Shown here piece after piece: positions 56,148 through 64,000 of a stretch of 64,000 nucleotides of DNA; positions within the stretch are counted from its first letter, which is position 1, and each line of letters starts with the position of its first letter. Made by a program: the position numbers and the translations under genes. The notes beneath the pieces are model-generated. The model saw only the letters and a program-made list of their open reading frames with translations, was not told where the DNA came from and searched no databases. Source of the stretch: Parcubacteria group bacterium Gr01-1014_31 (GTDB taxonomy: Bacteria > Patescibacteriota > Patescibacteriia > Buchananbacterales > GWA2-38-13); contig VMFR01000003.1 in NCBI GenBank assembly GCA_007376135.1, positions 75,660 through 139,659 of the forward strand, given 5' to 3'.

Positions 56148-58004
56148 TTATTCTTTCGCCACAACGACCGTACCGAGTCGCGCCTCCGGCTGTTGGACGG
56201 TGACCGTTGCGGTGTAGACCCACTTCGCATACAGGTCGTCTTTGAGCGCCGATTCATTCCCGAAGAAACAATGCAGCGAGCATTCCACGCGCAGGGTGTA
56301 CTGGCCGTAAGGCACCGCGGGCGTGCTGACCGTGCCGTCGGCTTCGGTGAAGCGGACGACATCGGCGGCGATCCCGGCGACATACCTGCCGACCGCGTTG
56401 CCTTGCTGGTCGGCGAGCCACACTTTTGCGCTCTGCGCCGGCACGCCGGCGGGGTTTGTGACCGTCGCTGTGACCTTGCCACTCGCGCCAACCGATGGGG
56501 CGGGGGAGGGGCTCGGTACAGCCGCTGCCTGCGTCTTGGCCGGAGCGGCGGTCGTTACCGCTTTGGCGCGAAAGGTAGCCAACACTTGTCGGAAGACTTG
56601 GGTGGCAACGCCGGTCTCGCGCTGGCTGTTGCCGAAAAAGAAATAGTACACGTGGCCTTCAATCGGAAGGTTTTTTGTTCCAGTTTTTGCCGTCGCCATG
56701 ATCTCCAGCCGGTCGTTGCCGCGAGCGGTACCCATGAGCGAGCCTTGAATTTCCCGAGTGCTGGCGATCTGTACGTCCGCACCGCTCACCGTCAACTCCC
56801 ATACCTCATCGGTCATCCCCAGGCCGGAAGGCGTTGGGTCCATGCCGACCTCAAAATATTCGCCATCCGGGCCGGTGAAGCGGAACGCCTGGGCGAATTG
56901 GCCGCGGTACTGCGGGTTTTTTTCCTGCCAAGTCGTCGGAATATCAAGGGAAAAGGTCTCCTTGGTTAGGGTCTTCCAGGTTTCTGCGGGGGGTTGGGGC
57001 TTTTGTTTGGCCAGCGTTTCGTTTGCCGCCGTGGATACCAGGTAGCCAGTTTCCAACGGCGTGGCGGTATAGACCAACTGGTAGATCCGGTCGCCGATCT
57101 TGCCCAACTTGCTGCCTTTCTCGGCGATGTTCACGACGCTGGCGGCCAGCTCCAGGTGCCGGCCCAAGAATCCGAAGAAATTTTTGGTCGCGGTGTTAGC
57201 AGTAGCCCGTTCCGCCAAGATCTCTCCGGTTTTTATCGCCATCTGTTTGGCGGCTGCGCCCGATATCCGCAGCAGGTCCTCCCCGTCGCCCTTGCCCTGC
57301 ATGATGTCGGGTTGCCCGAGCGCGCGCGTCAGCTCGGCCAGGCCCGCCGCGGCGATCAATTTCAGGTCGCTGGCCGCGATGGTTTTATCCAGCGGAATGA
57401 ATAGGCTGACGCCGTCCAGGGTCGCGGCGAAGATGTTGACGGCCAGCGCCTGCTGGTCGCGCTCTTTGCCGCGATTGACGCGCTCGCGGACGAACGCTTT
57501 TTCCTCGGCGTCGCGGGTCCTACCCCAGCCGCCACTGTAGGCGCGCACCAAGTAGATGGCGTCGGCGTCCGGGGCAACCGCGACGCTTGGCGCCAGGTCG
57601 GTCTGGAATACTGCCTGTACGGCCGCATCCACGAGCAGGTGGACGACATCCAGGTAGCGGAAAACGCTCTTGGCTTCGGCGTACACGGTTCCGACCACGG
57701 CCCCCTCGTCCGAGTACGCGCTGCGTTTATCCTTGGCCTTGGCTGCAAGGTCTCCCGATGAAACAAAATCCTTGGCGTTCAGTTTGATGACGTAGCCAAT
57801 CCAGTCCACGCCACCGCCTTCTTTGGAAGCGATGTGAAAAGCGGTTTCATTCATTTCCCCAAGGACATAATCCTGGTCGGGGGTGAGGATTTTGAACACG
57901 GGCTCCGCCGAACGCGCGGGTGCGCCAAAGAGAAGTACTGCCGCCAGCATCGGTCCGAGCATGAACGCCAGCAGGGGACGCGGGTTGCGCGGAGAAGGGG
58001 CCAT
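56148..58004 (-). CDS. Secreted multidomain hypothetical protein
   Basis: Signal peptide, helical middle, PsbP-like segment (FSLDIPTTW), C-terminal beta-sandwich. Confidence 0.75.
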   Translation of the reverse strand: MAPSPRNPRPLLAFMLGPMLAAVLLFGAPARSAEPVFKILTPDQDYVLGEMNETAFHIASKEGGGVDWIGYVIKLNAKDFVSSGDLAAKAKDKRSAYSDEGAVVGTVYAEAKSVFRYLDVVHLLVDAAVQAVFQTDLAPSVAVAPDADAIYLVRAYSGGWGRTRDAEEKAFVRERVNRGKERDQQALAVNIFAATLDGVSLFIPLDKTIAASDLKLIAAAGLAELTRALGQPDIMQGKGDGEDLLRISGAAAKQMAIKTGEILAERATANTATKNFFGFLGRHLELAASVVNIAEKGSKLGKIGDRIYQLVYTATPLETGYLVSTAANETLAKQKPQPPAETWKTLTKETFSLDIPTTWQEKNPQYRGQFAQAFRFTGPDGEYFEVGMDPTPSGLGMTDEVWELTVSGADVQIASTREIQGSLMGTARGNDRLEIMATAKTGTKNLPIEGHVYYFFFGNSQRETGVATQVFRQVLATFRAKAVTTAAPAKTQAAAVPSPSPAPSVGASGKVTATVTNPAGVPAQSAKVWLADQQGNAVGRYVAGIAADVVRFTEADGTVSTPAVPYGQYTLRVECSLHCFFGNESALKDDLYAKWVYTATVTVQQPEARLGTVVVAKE

Positions 58005-58008
58005 AGCA

Positions 58009-58578
58009 TTACGGATTCAGCGTCGCTAGCACGCTGGCAAGCGCTGCCTGTAGTGCCTGGCGATATTCGGGCTGGGCCAGCGGGTCGTCGCTTTGCAGCA
58101 CCTGACCGATGATCGTAGCGAACGCCGCGACCTTGGGGTCCTGGGTGATGACGGCAAGGATCTCTTTCGCTTGCTCGGGGTCGCTGGTCATCAGCTGTGG
58201 TGTAGCAAACACCAGTGCGACGGCCGTGGTTTGCGTATCAATGGTGACGTTTTCCGGTATGGCAACACCCTCGTCGGTTACCACAATATTCATGAGGCCG
58301 AATTCTTTGTCGCGCAGCATGGCCGCGACCATCGTGACGCCCGCGTCGTACGCGGCTGCCGTAAACGTGCCGTCAGCGTTCACTTCGCGGCTCTCTCCGT
58401 GGCTGACGATGGTGAATTCGTTGGGGGTGAAGCCCACTGGCGCGACCAGTGTTCCCTGGAGTTTTTTCCCGCCAGTGTCCGCGGGGGCGAGTACGGGGCT
58501 GTTGGATCGCTTCCACCACAGCAGCCCGGCCGCCGCGGCGATGACCGCGACGATGATGATGACAACTGGTCTTTTCAT
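58009..58578 (-). CDS. Membrane-anchored hypothetical protein
   Basis: N-terminal TM, 189 aa, operon-like spacing. Confidence 0.75.
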   Translation of the reverse strand: MKRPVVIIIVAVIAAAAGLLWWKRSNSPVLAPADTGGKKLQGTLVAPVGFTPNEFTIVSHGESREVNADGTFTAAAYDAGVTMVAAMLRDKEFGLMNIVVTDEGVAIPENVTIDTQTTAVALVFATPQLMTSDPEQAKEILAVITQDPKVAAFATIIGQVLQSDDPLAQPEYRQALQAALASVLATLNP

Positions 58579-58604
58579 ACCGTTTCAGTATGGGCCGCAA
58601 GCGG

Positions 58605-59021
58605 CTATTTAGCAATCACGCCGCCCAGATAAATGAGGCCGGTTGCCAGGCTGTTGGTGATAATGATTCTGTAGATGGCATCAAAGTGGTAGTCGGGGCT
58701 GAAGAATACCAGCGCCGTGGCGAGCGCCAGCAATCCTAGCCACGCGGCCACGAAGTATTCGCCCAGGTGGCGGCTTTTGATACGAGACGTGCGCTTGCGC
58801 AGTTCTTTTAGGACGACGTAGATACCCAAGCCCCCGAGGTACGGTTCTTGCAGGGCATCCACCATGCCGTCCAGCACCACCGACTGCCCGCCGGCACGCA
58901 AGAGAAAGAGGAGCGACAGGGTCACCCCGTAGAGGTGGGTGAATCCGCCCAGGGCGACAAACAGCCAATCAATGGGGGCGAGTCTGCGCGCTGGTGTTGC
59001 CGTGCCGGATATTTGGGACAT
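58605..59021 (-). CDS. Hypothetical membrane protein
   Basis: Four hydrophobic segments. Confidence 0.75.
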   Translation of the reverse strand: MSQISGTATPARRLAPIDWLFVALGGFTHLYGVTLSLLFLLRAGGQSVVLDGMVDALQEPYLGGLGIYVVLKELRKRTSRIKSRHLGEYFVAAWLGLLALATALVFFSPDYHFDAIYRIIITNSLATGLIYLGGVIAK

Positions 59022-59052
59022 AGTTCATCTCCACTATACACCGCAGCGTCAA

Positions 59053-59087
59053 GCCAAACAAAAAACAGGCAGCGGAGCCTGTTTTTG
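59053..59087. repeat. Terminator-like repeat A, copy 1
   Basis: GCCAAACAAAAAACAGGCA.CGG..GCCTG.TTTTG, repeated at 60716-60751. Confidence 0.7.
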
Positions 59088-59092
59088 AAGTC

Positions 59093-59130
59093 TGGCGGGC
59101 TGGACGGATTCCACTGCGCTTGAACCCGTC
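59093..59130 (-). other. Degenerate tRNA 3'-end fragment (att-like)
   Basis: Minus strand ACGGGTTC[10-nt insert]GAATCCGTCCAGCCCGCCA; no 5' half. Confidence 0.55.
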
Positions 59131-59175
59131 GTCGTCCGCCTGGGGCGGACTCCTCCCCCATAGAGCTTCCGCTCA

Positions 59176-60582
59176 TCATATCTCAAAGTTTTGACCGGCT
59201 GCGGGGATGGTTATATTGAGTGCCGGAAAATGTTGCTGGAGAACTGCCTTGAACGCGGTCGCCTGGGGCAGCTCCGTATGCACAAGGAAAACCCGCTGTA
59301 GATCCTTCATTTGGGAAACATACGCCAGGAGTCCCCGTTGGTCAGCGTGGGCGCTTAATTCATCGACCGTGACGACGCGCGCGTGGACGTCGTACATCCG
59401 GTTGTACACGCGCACAGGCGTGATGCCGTCCTGCAATTTTCTTCCCAAGGTATGCTCCGCCTGATAGCCGGTGAGCATGATGATCGCATTTGGGTCGCTG
59501 ACCCCGTACTCAAGATGGTTCAGGATGCGCCCGCCTTCGGCCATGCCGGAGGAAGCGATGACCATGTACGGACCGTGCGCCGCGGCCAACGCTCGTGATT
59601 CTTCGACCGTCTGGAGCGAGCGCAGATTGCGGAAGGAAAACGGCGACTCATTGCGGCTGATGAAATCGGCCCAAGTTTCCTGGTCAAAGTCATCGCGGTG
59701 GCTGGCAAATACGGCCGTGATGTCGCTCGCTAGCGGGCTGTCGAGGTAGATCGGTAGGGCCGGGATTTCACCCTGATCGTAGAGCTTGTGCAAAATGTAG
59801 ATGAGCTCCTGGGTCCGCCCCAGCGCGAAGGCCGGGATGATGATCTTCCGCTTATTGTGTACGGCATCGCGAATGATCTCTTTCAAGCGGTCCGCGATCT
59901 CCGCTATCGGGCGGTGATTTTTATTGCCGTAGGTGCACTCGATGATAAGCGTTTCGACCGGTTCGGCGATGATTTCCGGTTCATGGAGGAGTGGCACATT
60001 GGTATTCCCCAGGTCACCGGTATACGCCACGGTTGTGGTGCCGCCGGGTTGGTCGCATTGAACGACCGTTACCGCCGAGCCAAGAATGTGCCCGGCATCA
60101 TAAAATTTGAATCGGCAGCGCGGGTTGAGCGGTTGCCAGTTTTGTGCCGCATGGGCATAGGGGAGCGGCGCAAAGTGCGTGGCGGCTTCTTCAGCGTCCT
60201 CGGCGGAATATAACGGCTGCAGTATCTTTTCGTCGGCTGCCGCGTGTTTTTGCATGCGTAGGTAATCCTGCTGCTGAATTTTTGCCGAATCAAGCATGAT
60301 GAGGCGCGCAATCGCCGCGGTCGCGGGCGTGGCAAAAATTTTATGGCGATAGCCGTTCTTGACCAGGACCGGCAGCATACCGCAATGATCCGCGTGCGCA
60401 TGGGAAAGGATCGTCGCGGAAATATCACTGGCGCTGAAGGGGAGTATCCGGTTCAGGGCGTCCGCCTCATGGCGTTTCCCCTGGTGCAACCCGCAGTCCA
60501 GCAAAAGGCGGAATCCCTCGGATTCGATGAGGTGCTTTGAACCAGTGATGTTTTGCGCGGCGCCAAAAAAAGTGATCTGCAT
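59176..60582 (-). CDS. MBL-fold beta-CASP ribonuclease
   Basis: LLDCG, SHAHADH, AGHILGS, TGDLG, ECTYG, PAFALGRTQE, SAHAD. Confidence 0.92.
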   Translation of the reverse strand: MQITFFGAAQNITGSKHLIESEGFRLLLDCGLHQGKRHEADALNRILPFSASDISATILSHAHADHCGMLPVLVKNGYRHKIFATPATAAIARLIMLDSAKIQQQDYLRMQKHAAADEKILQPLYSAEDAEEAATHFAPLPYAHAAQNWQPLNPRCRFKFYDAGHILGSAVTVVQCDQPGGTTTVAYTGDLGNTNVPLLHEPEIIAEPVETLIIECTYGNKNHRPIAEIADRLKEIIRDAVHNKRKIIIPAFALGRTQELIYILHKLYDQGEIPALPIYLDSPLASDITAVFASHRDDFDQETWADFISRNESPFSFRNLRSLQTVEESRALAAAHGPYMVIASSGMAEGGRILNHLEYGVSDPNAIIMLTGYQAEHTLGRKLQDGITPVRVYNRMYDVHARVVTVDELSAHADQRGLLAYVSQMKDLQRVFLVHTELPQATAFKAVLQQHFPALNITIPAAGQNFEI

Positions 60583-60715
60583 ACCAGCAGTGTACGGCAT
60601 CCGCGCGAATTCGGAAACTCAAAAAACCTTTACGATGGATGCCGCTTGACTTGCGGAGTGGGGGACGACCTCGGTTCGGGCATAGGCCTTTCTACGTTAC
60701 GCCCTGCAGAGACCG

Positions 60716-60751
60716 GCCAAACAAAAAACAGGCAACGGGTGCCTGGTTTTG
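60716..60751. repeat. Terminator-like repeat A, copy 2
   Basis: First 19 nt identical to 59053-59071. Confidence 0.7.
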
Positions 60752-60826
60752 GTGGGGTGGGGAGGAGGTGAGAGAATTAAGTTTTTTAGTTTAATATTGC
60801 AGATTAGGCTTCACCGAAATCCTCCC

Positions 60827-61606
60827 TTAGAATGGGCATTTTGTGAACCAGTGCGGAATATCTTTAGTACTACTAAGATAGTAACCAATTACTTTTTTGC
60901 TGATAATAGCCGGGTTATCTTTTTTAACAGCAAAAACTAACTCATTCCATAAATATTTTTCAGTTGGCTGCCAATTTTTTGGGTAGAAGTCTTTTGATTT
61001 AAAGTGTATAAGATTATCTCTAGTGTTTTTTAACCAAATGTATTTTTGCCATATTTCCTTAGTTTTTATACTTTCTACATTATATATTTCAGAAAGAATG
61101 GCCCCCAATTTTTCATCGAGTGTTACGTTCCTTTCAATGAAATGCTTATCATGAATTTCAGTTCCCTCCCTTCTCTCTTTTGAATATTTATAATCATCGG
61201 GCAATGATTGATTCGCGAAATGTTCAATTGCAGAATATGCGAAAATATAGCCTTGCATTAATTTTTCTATGGCATCGAATAGTTTTCCAGTTTTTTCTAT
61301 GGGTACAGTTAAATGTGTACTTTCCCCGCTGAACGTATAGGGATTATGTGCGTTGAGTAAATTTTCACCTTCTTGCCATGATTTATAAGATACATTTAAC
61401 ATCATCGCGGTTATACTTGGTATAGGAAAACTAATAATTATCGACTCAAGGCCGTACCCCATGTTGCTAAGTCCGGCCACCACTACTGTTTCCTCATCTT
61501 TGTCCCCCCTGCGTTCTTCGGGGAATAATTTTTTTGGAAGCTTGCCAAAGTTGTATGTTCTCCAATCAAACTGCTCAGAGTCTTCTACTATATTTGTGCT
61601 ATCCAT
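60827..61606 (-). CDS. AT-rich hypothetical protein with HEPN-like motif
   Basis: AYSAIEHFAN and LKNTRDNLIH (RxxxxH). Confidence 0.75.
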   Translation of the reverse strand: MDSTNIVEDSEQFDWRTYNFGKLPKKLFPEERRGDKDEETVVVAGLSNMGYGLESIIISFPIPSITAMMLNVSYKSWQEGENLLNAHNPYTFSGESTHLTVPIEKTGKLFDAIEKLMQGYIFAYSAIEHFANQSLPDDYKYSKERREGTEIHDKHFIERNVTLDEKLGAILSEIYNVESIKTKEIWQKYIWLKNTRDNLIHFKSKDFYPKNWQPTEKYLWNELVFAVKKDNPAIISKKVIGYYLSSTKDIPHWFTKCPF

Positions 61607-61754
61607 ATATTCTTTGACAACTCATTATGATGTTTAAGTCAGCGTTTGTTAGTTATCTGCGATCACGTCTTCGCCAGTGAAATCTAACCAGTTAGTCAAC
61701 CCTTTATTGTAATGCTGTACTGTAATAGATTACTCCTCACATGAGCTAATCGCA

Positions 61755-61812
61755 AACCAAAAAACCCGTTGCCACCACTCCAGCGGACTGGGGCATTAGC
61801 AACGGATACGGA
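61755..61812. repeat. Hairpin repeat B, copy 1
   Basis: AACCAAAAA.CCGTTGC...CTGGGGCATT.GCAACGGATACGGA, repeated at 63551-63608. Confidence 0.75.
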
Positions 61813-61970
61813 ATTTCGTGGAATTAGGGTCGAAGAAAGGGTCTAATTTCTGGGCTCTTGGGCGCCGTTTAGATGTCTTAGAATATCTTCTAATTGTGTT
61901 TGTTAATTAGTATAGAAAAGAAACCTTATTTTAAGCCAAATTACCCCCCTCTTCTAATTTCTTCTAATTC

Positions 61971-63410
61971 CTACTGAATCTCGTAAAAGGTTGAGGCGCC
62001 AGATCCCCGCATGCTCACAAGTCCCAATTCATCAAGCTTATTTAAATCATTTGAGATAGTCGCTCTTGATACCTTAGGAAAAAGTTGTTGGCATTCCTTA
62101 GCTGTCATTTTTAATCTATCCTGCAACGTGTTCCAAATAAATAATTGTCGCCGGTTTAGTTCTAGAAATTTCCTTCCCGGCAAGACAACCTTGAAATTGT
62201 TAGCCATGTTTTTAAAGATTGGTTCCGGTAATCCTCGTTCGTGCATTCTGGCCAACACAATATCAATACCGCGACCGTATTCCTCCAAATAGTCCATGTC
62301 TTTCAATATTGAGGCGATAACCTCATTGCGACTAAATTGCGCTTGCTTAATGTTTTCGACGCTGACGCCAGGAGGTAAGTTTCCTGGGTTAGAAATTTCA
62401 ATTCTATTGGAAAAGATGTTCACCTGGGTATAAGTTTCCGTAATCATATAATCTCTGTGAATAATGGCGTTCGCTACAATTTCTCTTAGGGCTTCTTCGG
62501 GGTATTCATATTCCTCTACTCGTTTAGTGCCTACAATTTTTGCGGCAACGGGTATATTCCTCAAAATAAATTTTTGTATTTCATCAATTTGTTGATCCAA
62601 TGTACCTGCAATATCTAGTTTATCGCCGATAGGGCTCGCAGAGTTAATACCGTTATATTTAACACACCGGATCATAAAACGATAAAACGCCCCGGTCTTT
62701 TGGGGCAGTTCTCTTGAAAAAATAAGAAAACCGCCAACCGTAGGGACATCCCGACCCCTTATTTGAACAACGATGCCGAGATTTTTCATTACAGCATAAG
62801 TAGGCCTACCATCAACTTTTCTATCTGTTTTAGAGGCACTTGTTGCTAAGAATTTTTTGATTTTTTCTCTCGAGAGCATCTTGATGTTCGTGTCTAAGGC
62901 TGGCTCCTTATCGTATTTATAAAGTGCAGAGTTGCGGATAAATTGTTTGAGCTCCTCAAAATTGATAGATCGAGAAGTATTACCCACCCTAATGCATGCT
63001 CCATGGGGCAATCCGATTTGCTTGTTATAACAGGGCTTTCTCTCGTCAGGGACGTGTCGTATGATAACAGCTAAAATATTTTTTCCTTCATAAGGAAAAA
63101 CTTTTAATTCCGGTATTTCTGCATTGACCATAACGTCACGAAAGTAGGCAACAATTTTTTCCTGAAGCTGGGCAATGTCCCTAAGACCAACTATAGAAAT
63201 TTCACGAATTCCATCTTTCCTCACTAATTCCTTAATCCCAAAAACAATTAGACCTCCTTCGGGGTTGTGTGAAAAAGAGGAAATTGCACGCCAAATATCT
63301 CCAGGAAGACCTCCTCGAGCATCTTTGAATTCTGTGTGAGAGTTTTCGCTCCCACTGCTTCGTGCAAAATTGATCCTCTTTTTAATTTCAGCTTCAGGCA
63401 TTGTAGCCAT
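61971..63410 (-). CDS. Schlafen/AlbA_2 + HATPase_c_4 + wHTH protein
   Basis: E...EFK, SFSHN.EGG.IVFGI, ALREIVANAIIHRDY, SNPG.LP, SRN, GRGI, C-terminal HTH; AT-rich. Confidence 0.88.
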   Translation of the reverse strand: MATMPEAEIKKRINFARSSGSENSHTEFKDARGGLPGDIWRAISSFSHNPEGGLIVFGIKELVRKDGIREISIVGLRDIAQLQEKIVAYFRDVMVNAEIPELKVFPYEGKNILAVIIRHVPDERKPCYNKQIGLPHGACIRVGNTSRSINFEELKQFIRNSALYKYDKEPALDTNIKMLSREKIKKFLATSASKTDRKVDGRPTYAVMKNLGIVVQIRGRDVPTVGGFLIFSRELPQKTGAFYRFMIRCVKYNGINSASPIGDKLDIAGTLDQQIDEIQKFILRNIPVAAKIVGTKRVEEYEYPEEALREIVANAIIHRDYMITETYTQVNIFSNRIEISNPGNLPPGVSVENIKQAQFSRNEVIASILKDMDYLEEYGRGIDIVLARMHERGLPEPIFKNMANNFKVVLPGRKFLELNRRQLFIWNTLQDRLKMTAKECQQLFPKVSRATISNDLNKLDELGLVSMRGSGASTFYEIQ

Positions 63411-63504
63411 ACACTGTTATATACTATAACAAAATTGTAGTTATTGCCCTAGGGATAGGATGCTGACAGCAAACGGGCAGGACCTCTCCTCCGCGTTATG
63501 CTCC

Positions 63505-63523
63505 GGAGGGGCAGGCGGGATTC
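63505..63523 (-). other. tRNA 3'-end fragment (Cys-like, att-like)
   Basis: Minus strand GAATCCCGCCTGCCCCTCC with U discriminator; no complete cloverleaf. Confidence 0.45.
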
Positions 63524-63550
63524 ACCCCTGTGGGTTCGAATCCCTCGCTC

Positions 63551-63608
63551 AACCAAAAATCCGTTGCTCAGACCCCCGGCGGTCTGGGGCATTGGCAACG
63601 GATACGGA
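63551..63608. repeat. Hairpin repeat B, copy 2
   Basis: Direct repeat of 61755-61812. Confidence 0.75.
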
Positions 63609-63646
63609 TTTTTCGGAACGATTTTCAAATTCCTAGGTAAACCCTC

Positions 63647-64000
63647 CTACTGCCATCTGAACAAGAGGGGAAAGATGAAGGTGATGAACGCGGTCCACGC
63701 CGCGTAGACGGGGAGGTATCCACCCAGCCAGTTGATCATTCGTTGTTTTGCGTCTCCTTTTCGGATGTCTTGCAGGAGCGCGGAGAGGAGCCCGATCGTA
63801 TTCAGGAAGATGAGAACGTTGGCGCCGAAAACCGCGATCCGGTTTGGCGTGAATCCGTAGCTGCTCAAACGGAAGAGAATTGCCGACAGTGCGACCGCAT
63901 CAATGATCAGGCCGGTCGCCAGCAAACCCAAGGCGACCATAGTAGAGGAATTCCATCGGCGTTCGGCTTTCCCTTCTGTTAGGCTGTAGACACTGATGGC
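63647..64000 (-). CDS. Membrane protein, 5' end beyond the window
   Basis: Frame open to the window edge; LSAILFRLSSYGFTPNR resembles DUF4153-like proteins. Confidence 0.7.
   Translation of the reverse strand, partial: AISVYSLTEGKAERRWNSSTMVALGLLATGLIIDAVALSAILFRLSSYGFTPNRIAVFGANVLIFLNTIGLLSALLQDIRKGDAKQRMINWLGGYLPVYAAWTAFITFIFPLLFRWQ

Noticed and set aside
63505-63550. Intact tRNA gene around GGTTCGAATCCC
   Set aside because: No acceptor, D or anticodon arms can be built on either strand
1-64000. CRISPR array, cas genes, rRNA, transposase or integrase
   Set aside because: None seen; repeats found are pairs or short arrays without regular spacers

Overview
GC-rich bacterial chromosome segment, most consistent with a Patescibacteria (CPR) genome. 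This is inferred from a CPR-type pilin, Shine-Dalgarno-less housekeeping starts and short palindromic repeats. Housekeeping genes recognised: pnp, dksA/traR, lspA, comM/yifB, murA, LysM-M23, rmuC, groES-groEL with CIRCE, ppsA, lgt, rpe, rpiB, mutY-like, purD. There is a copper cluster, a Fur-family/ABC metal operon and an SOS cassette (lexA to dinB). The strongest unusual feature is a SAM-I riboswitch heading an operon of a plant-type methionine S-methyltransferase plus a homocysteine S-methyltransferase, which together make both halves of an S-methylmethionine cycle. Other leads: a ~185-bp palindromic element repeated in front of two unrelated AT-rich HEPN-like orphans, several standalone structured RNAs (one 6S-like), two micro-ORF transcripts sharing a TAGCCACG stop context, heptamer-array elements, an uncharacterised four-gene membrane operon, and an AT-rich right end marked by tRNA 3'-end remnants and paired repeats. 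All family calls are by motif recognition only; no searches were run.
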